Of a stretch of 64,000 bases of DNA, positions 1 to 16,222 are shown in pieces. The translations under genes and the position numbers were made by a program. Where the stretch lies: contig JBKAGE010000052.1 in NCBI GenBank assembly GCA_046290225.1, forward strand, positions 11,512 to 75,511, read 5' to 3'. Within the stretch, counting starts at the first letter, position 1; the number at the start of each line of letters is the position of its first letter. The notes beneath the pieces were generated by a model that saw nothing but the letters and a program-made list of their open reading frames with translations, was not told where the DNA came from and ran no database searches. The stretch is from Bradymonadia bacterium. GTDB lineage: Bacteria > Myxococcota_A > Bradymonadia > UBA7976 > UBA1532.

Positions 1-1688
<1,688 letters not shown>

Positions 1689-1777
1689 CTGGTGTCTCCT
1701 TCGCGCTGGATTTTCCCCGGGAAAAGTACGCCGCATGGGGGTTGGGGACAAGGGGAGGCGCCCTTAAAGAGAGTTTT

Positions 1778-1807
1778 CGGGCACGGGCACGGGCACGGGC
1801 ACGGGCA
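1778..1807. repeat. Hexamer tandem repeat (CGGGCA)x5, intergenic
   Basis: Five perfect copies read directly. Confidence 0.95.
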
Positions 1808-1867
1808 CGAGTTGAGTCGTGCGTGGTCTGAGGGGGAATGTATTTGTTTTTGATGGTGTTTTGGGGG

Positions 1868-2449
1868 TTACCAGATGTCGGTGGTCATCCAGCCCTTTGG
1901 GGCTCGGGTGTATTGCGTGCGGGTGTGGGGTTGGGTTTGGAGATCGAGGCGGATGACGTGGGTGACGGTGAGCACGCCGATGCGGAAGTGCTCGGCGGGG
2001 GTGGAGAGATCGCTGGGTGGGGTAGGAGGGTATTGGGTTTTGGGGGATCTGGGTGCGCCCCAGAAGAAGCTCTGACGCATGTTGGGGCTGATGTTGGCCC
2101 AGGCCTGGTGCACGTCTTCGATGGTGCTGTCGGGGCCGTGGAGTTCGATGGTGCCTTGGAGCCGGAACTGTAGCCAGGGCTTGACGAAGTACCAGCAGAG
2201 CTCGGCTTGGGGGTTGACGAGCAGCTGTTGGGCTTTTTCGGTGCGGTTGTCGGTGTTGAAGAGCAGCTGCCCGCTCTCAGGGCGCACCTCACGGATCACC
2301 ATGGTGCGCACCTGAGGGCGCCCTTCCGGGGTGATGGTGGCGAGCTGGGTGAAGCGGGTGCTGGGATCGGCGGGGTCGAGGTGCGTGAGGAGCTCTTGGG
2401 CCCAGAGGGCGGGGGTCGGTGTGTTCATGTGGGGAGGATGCATGAGCAC
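1868..2449 (-). CDS. Pyridoxamine 5'-phosphate oxidase-like FMN-binding protein
   Basis: QLATITPEGRPQVRTMV, FNTDNRTEK, AELCWYF, QFRLQG motifs; true start may be ATG at 2428. Confidence 0.85.
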   Translation of the reverse strand: MLMHPPHMNTPTPALWAQELLTHLDPADPSTRFTQLATITPEGRPQVRTMVIREVRPESGQLLFNTDNRTEKAQQLLVNPQAELCWYFVKPWLQFRLQGTIELHGPDSTIEDVHQAWANISPNMRQSFFWGAPRSPKTQYPPTPPSDLSTPAEHFRIGVLTVTHVIRLDLQTQPHTRTQYTRAPKGWMTTDIW

Positions 2450-2470
2450 GGGCGGGGAAGTCAGCCCCTT

Positions 2471-3313
2471 TCAGCCGACCTCGAAGATGCGCGGCTGCCC
2501 CTGGCCTGAGACATTGATCAACGGGGCGTGCCATGTGGGGTCGAGGACGGTCTTGAAGCGGTGGGTGTGTCCACACAACCGTAGCTTGAGCGAGGGGGTG
2601 TGGGTCATCCAGTGGCCCTGGGCGCTGGGGAGGCTTGCATCCCAGCCCATATAGAAATTGAGGAAGTCGTATTTGGCCGAGTGCCCGTAGAGGCACATCC
2701 GCGCATCAGGGGCGGTGTGTGTCATGAGCACGACGTCGTCGACCTGATTCGAGATCTCATCGAACTGTGCCTTGAGCGTGGCCTGGCACAGATCGAAGAG
2801 GGCCTGTGAGCTGATGTCCATGCGCGCCTCGCCCAGCTCGCTTCGTGTCCACGCATCAGCCATCTCTCGTGCCTCAGCGAAGGTCCGCGGGGTGTCTCCG
2901 GAGGGGTCGGCCAGGATGGGGGTTTTGCCCCAGAGCGAGCCATCGAACCAGCCCAGGTTGCCGAGGAACGCCACGCCGTCGACGATGGCAGGTGCATGAT
3001 CCAAGACGTGGATGCCGAAGGGGGCCGCGAGCAACTGTGCTTCTGCGGCATACCCGCTGATGGGGCCCTCGAGATCTTCGAGATCGTTGTTGCCCACGAC
3101 CCAGAGTTTCTCTTTGACGGGGATCTCTGCGAGCAGGTTGAGCACCTCGTCCTGAAACCTGTGATCGGGTGAGGGCTCGGCGAGATCGCCTCCCAGTAAC
3201 AATACGTCAGGTGACTCTCTGTGTGCGGTCTCGATGGCCTGTTTGATGGTGTCTGCGGCCCACGTGCCCCACTTGCCATGGTGCAGATCGGAGAGGGTCA
3301 TGATGGTGGTCAT
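2471..3313 (-). CDS. Calcineurin-like metallophosphoesterase
   Basis: SDLH, GGD, VGNND, MTHTAP, CGHTH motifs. Confidence 0.88.
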   Translation of the reverse strand: MTTIMTLSDLHHGKWGTWAADTIKQAIETAHRESPDVLLLGGDLAEPSPDHRFQDEVLNLLAEIPVKEKLWVVGNNDLEDLEGPISGYAAEAQLLAAPFGIHVLDHAPAIVDGVAFLGNLGWFDGSLWGKTPILADPSGDTPRTFAEAREMADAWTRSELGEARMDISSQALFDLCQATLKAQFDEISNQVDDVVLMTHTAPDARMCLYGHSAKYDFLNFYMGWDASLPSAQGHWMTHTPSLKLRLCGHTHRFKTVLDPTWHAPLINVSGQGQPRIFEVG

Positions 3314-3975
3314 TGCGCATTGCCTGTCTTATGCCGATCAACACACTCTTTGTTGCTCAGCCATTGCCGATCGTGTGTGTAGTGATAGGCAAGCTGGTCA
3401 GGCGGGTACATATGATTCTGACCCACGGGGCAGGCCTGTCGGATCGCCGCCCAGCGGGGCCATTGGGCCTTGACGGCCTCTGCGGTGAGTGGGCAGTCAG
3501 CCATGACCTCTGCCAGAGCGGGTCTGCAGCCACCTTCGCACCCATGACAGGGCGGCGCTGGCTCGACGTGGGGTATGCCCTCGATGCCCTCGAATGTGAG
3601 TACTGCCCTCAGCCCGATCCACGGACCGTACTCCGGATGCACGATGAGGTGGGCTGGAGACTTCCACCCCAAACCCGCGTCGACGGCGAGGCGTTGAAGG
3701 GGTGGAGGGGTGGTGCTGTGCCCCCAGTCGACGTGAATCGGTGTCGCGCTGTCGTGGATCGCGCGCTCGATGACCGACTCTACATAGGCATCGAGCGGGT
3801 GCTCGGTGTGTTGGAGCGCTGGGGTTACTCGGAGCGCTGAGATGAAGGCTGGCCACAGCGCTCGGGTGTTGCCCACGAGCCAGCGCAGCTCGGGACCAGG
3901 GATGGGGGCGATGAGATCGAGGCCCCCACGAGCGAGGGTCTGCTCAAATTGGCCTAGAGCAAGCGCTTGATCCAC
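3310..3975 (-). CDS. MMACHC/QueG-like putative cobalamin-related Fe-S protein
   Basis: LVGNTRALW, HPLD, LQRLA..AGLG, VHPEYGPWIGLRA, CHGCEGGC, RQACPVG; overlaps both neighbours. Confidence 0.6.
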   Translation of the reverse strand: MDQALALGQFEQTLARGGLDLIAPIPGPELRWLVGNTRALWPAFISALRVTPALQHTEHPLDAYVESVIERAIHDSATPIHVDWGHSTTPPPLQRLAVDAGLGWKSPAHLIVHPEYGPWIGLRAVLTFEGIEGIPHVEPAPPCHGCEGGCRPALAEVMADCPLTAEAVKAQWPRWAAIRQACPVGQNHMYPPDQLAYHYTHDRQWLSNKECVDRHKTGNAQ

Positions 3976-5378
3976 TTCACCTTCTTCTCGTCGTAGGGCG
4001 GGTAGAGCAGCGACGGGTCGATGGCCGTGGGCTTGCTCAGCACCGAGCGGCGATGGCTGAAGACCTCGAACGAGGCCTTGCCGTGATAGGCCCCCATACC
4101 GCTCTCGCCGACGCCGCCGAAGGGCAGGCCCGGCACCGCCAGATGCATCATGCAGTGGTTGATGGCCCCACCGCCGGCGCTGGTGCGGTCGATCATCTGT
4201 TGGGAGATGCCCTTGTCAGAGGCGAAGACGTACATGGCCAGGGGCTTGGGCCGGGCGTTGATGAAGGCCACGGCCTCGTCAGGGCCGGGGACCGACATCG
4301 TGGGCAGCAGCGGGCCGAAGATCTCATCGGCCATGACCGCTGACTCCGGCGAGGTGTGCTTGAGCACTGTGGGGGCGATGAATCGATCTTCGGCGTCGGC
4401 ACTGTCGGGGCCACCAGTGACGATCTCGCCAGCCTTGTCGTCGAAGAGACCCATCAGCCGGGCATGGTGCCGCGTGTTGATGACCCGGCCATAGTCGGGG
4501 CTCTTCTGCGGGTCGTCGCCATAGAAGTCGTGCAGGGTCTGTTTGAGCTGGTCGATGAACCGATCGTAGATGGCCTCGTGCACGAGCAGGTAGTCCGGGG
4601 CGACGCAGGTCTGGCCTGAGTTGGAGAACTTGCCCCAGGCGATGCGCTTGGCTGCCACCTCGAGGTTGGCGCCCTTGTCGATGTAGACCGGGCTCTTGCC
4701 CCCGAGCTCGAGGGTGACAGGGGTGAGATGTTTGGCGGCAGCAGACATCACGATGCGGCCCACGGTGCCATTGCCCGTGTAGAAGATGTGGTCGAATCGC
4801 TCGGCGAGCAGCGCGGTGGTCTCGGGTACGGCGCCCTCGACGACGGCGATGGCGTCAGTGTCGAGGTACTTGGGCAGCAAATCGGCCATGAGGGTCGAGG
4901 TGGCCGGCGCAACCTCGGAGGGCTTCACCACTGCGCAGTTCCCCGCGGCGAGGGCGCCGAGCAGGGGGGCCATGGCGAGCTGGAAGGGGTAGTTCCAGGG
5001 GGCGATGACGAGCACCACACCCAGGGGCTCCCGATGGATCTTGCTGGTGCCGGGCTGGGCCACGAGGGGGGTGGAGACCTTCTCGGGCTTCATCCACTTC
5101 GACAGCCGTTTGGCGATGTAGTCGACCTCACCGACGACGTAATGGATCTCGGTGCTGAAGGCCTCGATGTAGGGCTTGCCGAGATCCTGGCCGAGGGCTT
5201 CGGCGATGGCACCCTCGTGATCCTGGCACATCTTCTTGAGGGCCTGCAGTTGCTCGAGCCGCCACTGCAAAGTCTTGGTCTTGCCGGTGTTGAAGGTGTC
5301 GCGCAGCCCGGCGACGAGGGCGGGGATGCGAGAGATGATCTCTTCGGGGGTGAGATCCCGGCTGACCTTGATGTTCAT
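3954..5378 (-). CDS. Aldehyde dehydrogenase (ALDH3-type)
   Basis: EPLGVVLVIAPWNYP, KPSE, FYTGNG, LELGGKSP, GQTCVAPDY, EIFGP, PFGGVGESGMG; ATG 5378 with AGGAG. Confidence 0.96.
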   Translation of the reverse strand: MNIKVSRDLTPEEIISRIPALVAGLRDTFNTGKTKTLQWRLEQLQALKKMCQDHEGAIAEALGQDLGKPYIEAFSTEIHYVVGEVDYIAKRLSKWMKPEKVSTPLVAQPGTSKIHREPLGVVLVIAPWNYPFQLAMAPLLGALAAGNCAVVKPSEVAPATSTLMADLLPKYLDTDAIAVVEGAVPETTALLAERFDHIFYTGNGTVGRIVMSAAAKHLTPVTLELGGKSPVYIDKGANLEVAAKRIAWGKFSNSGQTCVAPDYLLVHEAIYDRFIDQLKQTLHDFYGDDPQKSPDYGRVINTRHHARLMGLFDDKAGEIVTGGPDSADAEDRFIAPTVLKHTSPESAVMADEIFGPLLPTMSVPGPDEAVAFINARPKPLAMYVFASDKGISQQMIDRTSAGGGAINHCMMHLAVPGLPFGGVGESGMGAYHGKASFEVFSHRRSVLSKPTAIDPSLLYPPYDEKKVKWIKRLL

Positions 5379-5511
5379 GGCAGGGCTCCTGGGCAAGGCT
5401 CTCGTGGGGTGATGACCGAGAAGGTTAGCAGGTTACAGGCGCCTTCGCACTGTGGTGAGCTGTTGCGCACGCCGCTGCTGAAAGATCCGGAGAAAGATCT
5501 GGTGAGAGGTC

Positions 5512-5539
5512 TGCGGGTTTTCCCTACAGCCAACGCATC
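5512..5539 (+). promoter_or_regulatory. Bipartite motif copy 1 (TGCGGGTTT-N13-CGCATC), putative ECF-type promoter
   Basis: Same motif and spacing upstream of six genes in this window. Confidence 0.75.
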
Positions 5540-5595
5540 ACTTGCGAAACCGGGATTCTGATCTCGTCGATTTGATCTCAGCAAGGGAGCGCAGC

Positions 5596-6045
5596 GTGAA
5601 CGGACTCACTCGAACTCTTCAACTCTTCATCTTGATGTGCGCGGCTACGGCATGCAGCGACGATGGTGGTGGCAGCAGCGGCGGAGGCGGTGCAGGTGGG
5701 AGCGCTGGAAGCGGTGGGAGCGCTGGCGGTGAGCCGCCTGCTCCGGAGGATGCGATTCAGGTCACTGGCTCAGGCTTGCGCGGGTGCGATGTGTTGTTCG
5801 CGGAAGGTGAGACTGCAGTGCGCTCGGTGAGCTTTGCCGAGGGCGTCGTGGGCGAATGGATCAAACGCGATGGCGTGGTGGCGCTGTCATTTGTCGGAGC
5901 CAACGGTGCCGAAATGGGCAACGTGGGCGCGATCCGTCTGCAGAGCGGTGACATCGCGGGGGCGGGCGATTTGGAGACCCTCGAGCTCTCGTGTTTTGGT
6001 GAGAACGGCGCTGCTCTGAACGACGCGCAGATCGCGTTCAAATAA
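5596..6045 (+). CDS. Small lipoprotein, Gly/Ser linker plus beta-rich domain
   Basis: GTG after AAGGGAG; hydrophobic stretch ending ATAC; SGGGGAGGSAG linker (track ORF from 5542). Confidence 0.75.
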   Translation: MNGLTRTLQLFILMCAATACSDDGGGSSGGGGAGGSAGSGGSAGGEPPAPEDAIQVTGSGLRGCDVLFAEGETAVRSVSFAEGVVGEWIKRDGVVALSFVGANGAEMGNVGAIRLQSGDIAGAGDLETLELSCFGENGAALNDAQIAFK

Positions 6046-6059
6046 CCCGCATTTCTCGC

Positions 6060-6087
6060 TGCGGGTTTCCCGCCCTTCCATCGCATC
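6060..6087 (+). promoter_or_regulatory. Bipartite motif copy 2
   Basis: TGCGGGTTT-cccgcccttccat-CGCATC, 36 nt before ATG 6124. Confidence 0.75.
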
Positions 6088-6123
6088 TGCTCCTGACACC
6101 CTCTCGAATCAGGAGCCCCCACC

Positions 6124-12051
<5,928 letters not shown>

Positions 12052-12086
12052 TCATGCGCTGCGTGCGTACTGAGTTGGGGCCCGCT

Positions 12087-12608
12087 TCACTCTTCTCCTG
12101 ACAAGTAAGGCGCCCGCCAGTTCTTCCCCTTCTTCCGAGGCTGTTGCATCGCCACTTCGAGATGCTGCGTCAGTTGGGCATGGAAGAGTGCCTGATCTTC
12201 TGCGGCCAAGATGACTGCTTCGACGAACTCAGTCGGAGGGGCATAGTGATGTGCATATATATAGTGAAACACCAAATCAGGAGCAGCAAGTATCAGCCCG
12301 TTTGGATGAAACACCCGAATCTCACCAGACCCCAGGCCTTCTGTGTGGTCACCGTACCGCTCTCTCAGGATCGAAGCAGGGGGTGGCTGGCAGAGATCGC
12401 AGCAATGGAAGCCACGTGTGCGCATGAATCGACTGTAACGTCGATCGTGCAGTGTGGATGTCACCACCCACCAGAGCGCATCCAGGAACTCGACTGAAGG
12501 GGGGCGTGTCGGGCACGGTTTGTGGGCCGAGAGCCATCCGACGTTCTTCGCACCAAGGCCTGTCAAATGGCGTGCGTTGCAATATGGGGTCATGTCCGCG
12601 AAGTACAC
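12087..12608 (-). CDS. Conserved hypothetical protein
   Basis: MYFADMTPY, NVGWL, RGFHCCDLC, GSGEIRV, APDLVFHYI..HHYAPP pattern; visibly lower GC. Confidence 0.75.
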   Translation of the reverse strand: MYFADMTPYCNARHLTGLGAKNVGWLSAHKPCPTRPPSVEFLDALWWVVTSTLHDRRYSRFMRTRGFHCCDLCQPPPASILRERYGDHTEGLGSGEIRVFHPNGLILAAPDLVFHYIYAHHYAPPTEFVEAVILAAEDQALFHAQLTQHLEVAMQQPRKKGKNWRAPYLSGEE

Positions 12609-12678
12609 AGGCCCCTCCTGAGCTTTACCCTTCTATCTCGAGGATGAGTATCCGATCCGCTTGCGAGAAGGGCCACCC

Positions 12679-14154
12679 TCAAGACAAAAAAGGCAGAGCA
12701 GGCCACTCTCCCATCCGCTCCAGCTGCCCCGCAAGCGACAGCAGCCTGTCCTCCCGCCCCATCGGCGCGATGAAGTGTGCCGCCATAGGGAGCCCTTCCT
12801 TCTCAGTGATCGTCGACGGCACCGAGATCGCCGGCATCCCCGTACCATTGGCCACTGGCGTGAAGGGAATGTAACGGTTCAGCTGCAGCGCCACTGATTC
12901 GTTCGACCCTGTAGCGGTGAAGCTGCCTGTGGCCATGGGGGGCTGTCCGAGCACCGTCGTCAGCATCAGATCCCAACGCTCGAAGTAGGCCATCATGTGA
13001 TGGGCCGCCTCGTTCAGGGCGGCGTTGGCCAGCCACAAATCACTGGGAGAGAGCTGAGCGTCCATCTTCTCCAAACGTCGGGTCACTGGCTCGAGGCCCA
13101 CCTTTGGCGCCGACATGGCCAGACGGAACAGGGCAGGGCGCTTGAGCAGCTTCTGGGCTGTCGGTGACAGGTCGGATTTACCGAGGTTGGCCCGAGCGGC
13201 CTTGAAGAACACTCCAGCCCCTGCAGCCCAGAGCACCTGGAATGCCGCGGAGAAGCGATCACTGTCGATGGGGGACTCCACCTCTTCCACGTGGTGGCCC
13301 AGCGCTTCGAGGCGCTTCGCCGTGGCGAGCACCGCCCGCTCGGCTTCGGGGTGCAGAGGCTCACCGCGCAGGTTCTTCACCGTGAAGCCCACCCGCAGAG
13401 GCTCAGGATCTTCACGGCACACCTCTGCATAGGGTCGAGCTGGAGCAGGTTGAACCCAACGGCTCTGGTGCGGCGCGCTCACGCAATCGAGCAGCGTGGC
13501 GGTGTCGCGGACCGTGCGGCTGACGCAGAGGTGGTTCACGAAGCCGTCGGGATCATCGTCCCACGCTGTGGGGTGGCGGCCCCTGCTGGGCTTGAGCCCC
13601 ACGAGGCCACAGCACGCTGCGGGGATCCGGATCGAGCCGCCGCCGTCCACGGCGTGAGCCATGGGCACGATGCCTGCCGCGACTGCGGCAGCGGAGCCTC
13701 CACTCGAGCCGCCAGGGGAGTGCTTCGTGTTCCACGGATTTGCGGTAGACCCATAGGCCCGTGGTTCGCTGAACGGCACGAAGCCCACCTCGCTCATGTT
13801 GGTGCGCCCCAAGGCCACGAGGCCGCTGTCGACAAACCGCTGAGCCACGGGATGGGTGCGCTCGCAGACGTAGCCCTTGAGCAGGGCCGAGCCGAGGGTC
13901 ATGGGGGTGCCTTCGAGCTCGATCTGGTCTTTGAGCAGCCACGGCACACCATGGAACGGCCCCTTGGGCAGGCCGGCGCCGAGGGCCGTGTCCGCGTGGC
14001 GGGCGAGATCGTGAATCACAGCGTTGATCTCGGGGTTGAGCCGCGCGATCTCCCCTCGGGCGAGGTCAGCGAGCTCTTGTGGAGTGACTTCACCCCGAGC
14101 GACCAGCTCGGCGAGGCCCACGGCGTCATATTTGCGGTATTCTTCGGGGGTCAT
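12679..14154 (-). CDS. Amidase signature family protein
   Basis: GVPWLLKD, GRTNMSE, SPGGSSGGSAAAVAAG, DGGGSIRIPA..CGLVGLKPSRGR; start MTPEEY (track 14211). Confidence 0.95.
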   Translation of the reverse strand: MTPEEYRKYDAVGLAELVARGEVTPQELADLARGEIARLNPEINAVIHDLARHADTALGAGLPKGPFHGVPWLLKDQIELEGTPMTLGSALLKGYVCERTHPVAQRFVDSGLVALGRTNMSEVGFVPFSEPRAYGSTANPWNTKHSPGGSSGGSAAAVAAGIVPMAHAVDGGGSIRIPAACCGLVGLKPSRGRHPTAWDDDPDGFVNHLCVSRTVRDTATLLDCVSAPHQSRWVQPAPARPYAEVCREDPEPLRVGFTVKNLRGEPLHPEAERAVLATAKRLEALGHHVEEVESPIDSDRFSAAFQVLWAAGAGVFFKAARANLGKSDLSPTAQKLLKRPALFRLAMSAPKVGLEPVTRRLEKMDAQLSPSDLWLANAALNEAAHHMMAYFERWDLMLTTVLGQPPMATGSFTATGSNESVALQLNRYIPFTPVANGTGMPAISVPSTITEKEGLPMAAHFIAPMGREDRLLSLAGQLERMGEWPALPFLS

Positions 14155-14202
14155 GGCGTTGGCCTCTGGTGCTGGGTTGGCGTGAATCGGTCGCGTCAGG
14201 CG

Positions 14203-15006
14203 ATGCGCCACGATGGCGAGAAACGACGGAGGGGTAAAGTGGGAGAGCGAGATTGGGATGCTGCGGTGCCAGAGATACGGGTGGTGCGTGATCTCTGTAC
14301 CTTCGTCGATGGGTCTGCGCTGAAACCGGACTACCCTGTGGTGATCGAGGCGTCAGGGCTCGCGCGCCTCGATTTGGTGAACGCGGAGGGGGAGAAGCAG
14401 CTGCGGGTGATTGAGTCTGTGGTACGTGAAACCGACGGAGTTGAACGTCTGAGGGGCTGGGTAGGCAAATTTCGGGGAGGTATCCTACGACCTCATGCAA
14501 AAACCCCGATGGGGTGGCATCAACCAGACCAGCAATTGCAGCGGTTCAACTTTGGTAAGGCCACGGCCTATTGCATGAGTGTTGAGCGGTCAGCGCTGCT
14601 CGAAATGTTGGGGCCAGCACACTATGAGGAATACGATTCGCTACGAACTACTGGTGAACCTTGGTTTTATTGGGCTTTTGAAGGCTACGACTCCATGGCT
14701 TGTATGGTCGAGTCAGCTGAAGCACAGCCATACGCCCAGCTCTATTTCAATCCTGGGTGGCCCCCGGAGCCTTCGAGGTGGCTCAAACCTTTAAACCTGC
14801 ACGTCTTCGATTGGGTAGAAATGGAACACGAGGAGCGCCTGTGGGGTCATGGCCAGGCCGGTCGCTTCAATGTCATGCGCCAGGATGACAACGGCCAGAC
14901 CTTCGTCATGCGCACCTGCACCAACGACTATGAAGCCAAACGCTGGGTCGAGGTCTACGAAGCCCGAGGACACAAACAGGATTACTGGGTCGAGTCAGCT
15001 GACTGA
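14203..15006 (+). CDS. Hypothetical protein with C-terminal RQDDNG...RGHKQxYW domain
   Basis: 3' part of track ORF 13291..15006 lying outside the amidase; start uncertain. Confidence 0.6.
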   Translation: MRHDGEKRRRGKVGERDWDAAVPEIRVVRDLCTFVDGSALKPDYPVVIEASGLARLDLVNAEGEKQLRVIESVVRETDGVERLRGWVGKFRGGILRPHAKTPMGWHQPDQQLQRFNFGKATAYCMSVERSALLEMLGPAHYEEYDSLRTTGEPWFYWAFEGYDSMACMVESAEAQPYAQLYFNPGWPPEPSRWLKPLNLHVFDWVEMEHEERLWGHGQAGRFNVMRQDDNGQTFVMRTCTNDYEAKRWVEVYEARGHKQDYWVESAD

Positions 15007-15021
15007 ACGCCACCACAGTCG

Positions 15022-15456
15022 TCAGCTCAGCACCTCGTCAGGGGTGTTGGCGGTGAGGAGACGCTCGAGCGCTTGATCAAGTGTGTCGATGTCAGCGGCA
15101 TCGATGAATGCCTCATGATCTTGGGATATGTCCTGAAATTTGAGTTGCATGTGTCGCTTGAGCGTCTGCCTCGTCTTGTCGAGCAACCCTTGCCTCACCA
15201 TCTCGGAGGCCATCTCGGAGGCCATTTCGGAAGCCATTTCGGAAGCCATTTCGGATGCCATTTCGGATGCCATTTCAGAGGCCATCTCAGAGGCCATCTC
15301 AGAGGCCATCTCAGAGGCCATCTCAGAGGCCATCCCTTGTGCAATCGTCTGAGCCAGCTCTTTGGCCAGAGTGGGCGCCAGCTCGGCGGCTTTCTTGTCA
15401 ACGATGGCTTTGTATTCGTCCGAAAAGGGCTCCGTGAGCTTGATGTTGCGCAACAT
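15022..15456 (-). CDS. Putative internal in-frame small ORF (RpnS-like, 144 aa)
   Basis: AAGGAGG at 15474-15468, 11 nt before in-frame ATG (MLRNIKLTEPFS); same arrangement in paralog 2. Confidence 0.55.
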   Translation of the reverse strand: MLRNIKLTEPFSDEYKAIVDKKAAELAPTLAKELAQTIAQGMASEMASEMASEMASEMASEMASEMASEMASEMASEMASEMASEMVRQGLLDKTRQTLKRHMQLKFQDISQDHEAFIDAADIDTLDQALERLLTANTPDEVLS

Positions 15457-16080
15457 GGCGATGAATGCCTCCTTGGCCACCTGGGAGAGGTGGCGCAGTG
15501 TCAGATCAGTGTAGAGGTTGAAGTCATGTTCGTCGAGTGAGGAGACGAGGGCCACGGCGGGTTCCACCAAGGCCCTGCTGTGCGCACTCTTGCCGTGCAT
15601 CACGATGGACAGCAGAGCCAGCTCTGGCTGTGCGACTGCGGTTCGAGGATCTGTCACGATGGGGAGTTGAGCAGGGCCGAGGACTGCCGGTGTATAGGTG
15701 TTGCCTCCGCCGAGATCGATGGGCGCGCTGGCCCAGCGTGCAACAGATTGGTGTGGGGTTACTACCAGGACTGTTGCCGGGCAGCGTTTCCGAGCGCGGG
15801 CGCTGACGGCATAGTAGGGCCAGCGGTAGCGCTTCTCGGGGTCGATGCGAAGTTGCACCTCGATGACCAGGGCCATTTGTGGGGTCGAGCCCAGTGTCAG
15901 GAGAGCTGCTTCGTCGGCGTCGTAGGCCACAGGGGTCGACTGAGCCAGGTTGATTTTTCCGCTGGTGACGGTGTCGTACGAGGGCAATGGCGGCAGGCCG
16001 GCTGCCTGCCAGAGCTCGATGGCGAGCTCGGGTTTTTGGGTGAACATTTCGACGATGATCTCGTGCAGTGTACTGGGCAC
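15022..16080 (-). CDS. Rpn/YhgA-like PD-(D/E)XK protein, paralog 1
   Basis: HEIIVEMF..P.LA, DAD...VIEVQL..D..KRYRWPYY; C-terminal helical domain ...ADIDTLDQALERLLTA.T..EVL; GTG after GGAGGAG. Confidence 0.75.
   Translation of the reverse strand: MPSTLHEIIVEMFTQKPELAIELWQAAGLPPLPSYDTVTSGKINLAQSTPVAYDADEAALLTLGSTPQMALVIEVQLRIDPEKRYRWPYYAVSARARKRCPATVLVVTPHQSVARWASAPIDLGGGNTYTPAVLGPAQLPIVTDPRTAVAQPELALLSIVMHGKSAHSRALVEPAVALVSSLDEHDFNLYTDLTLRHLSQVAKEAFIAMLRNIKLTEPFSDEYKAIVDKKAAELAPTLAKELAQTIAQGMASEMASEMASEMASEMASEMASEMASEMASEMASEMASEMASEMVRQGLLDKTRQTLKRHMQLKFQDISQDHEAFIDAADIDTLDQALERLLTANTPDEVLS
15199..15333 (-). repeat. 12-bp coding tandem repeat, (MASE)x11 + M
   Basis: Eleven CAT(C/T)TC(G/A)GA(G/A/T)GC units counted on + strand. 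Confidence 0.97.
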
Positions 16081-16161
16081 GTCTCCTCCGTAATCGTGGG
16101 CTCACCCCACAAGCACACCCGAGGTCTTTGACGTATTCCGTGTTTTTGACGCGAAGATCTT

Positions 16162-16189
16162 TGCGGGTTTCTCGAGCAACCCGCGCATC
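16162..16189 (+). promoter_or_regulatory. Bipartite motif copy 3
   Basis: TGCGGGTTT-ctcgagcaacccg-CGCATC before GTG 16223. Confidence 0.75.
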
Positions 16190-16222
16190 CCCTCCCAAAC
16201 ACCCTTTACTTGGGAGGACCAC

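Noticed and set aside
13291..14202. N-terminal 304 aa of track ORF 13291..15006
   Set aside because: Lies antisense to the amidase; only the 3' part is credible
15199..15333. Repeat as a CRISPR array
   Set aside because: Contiguous 12-bp coding units without spacers
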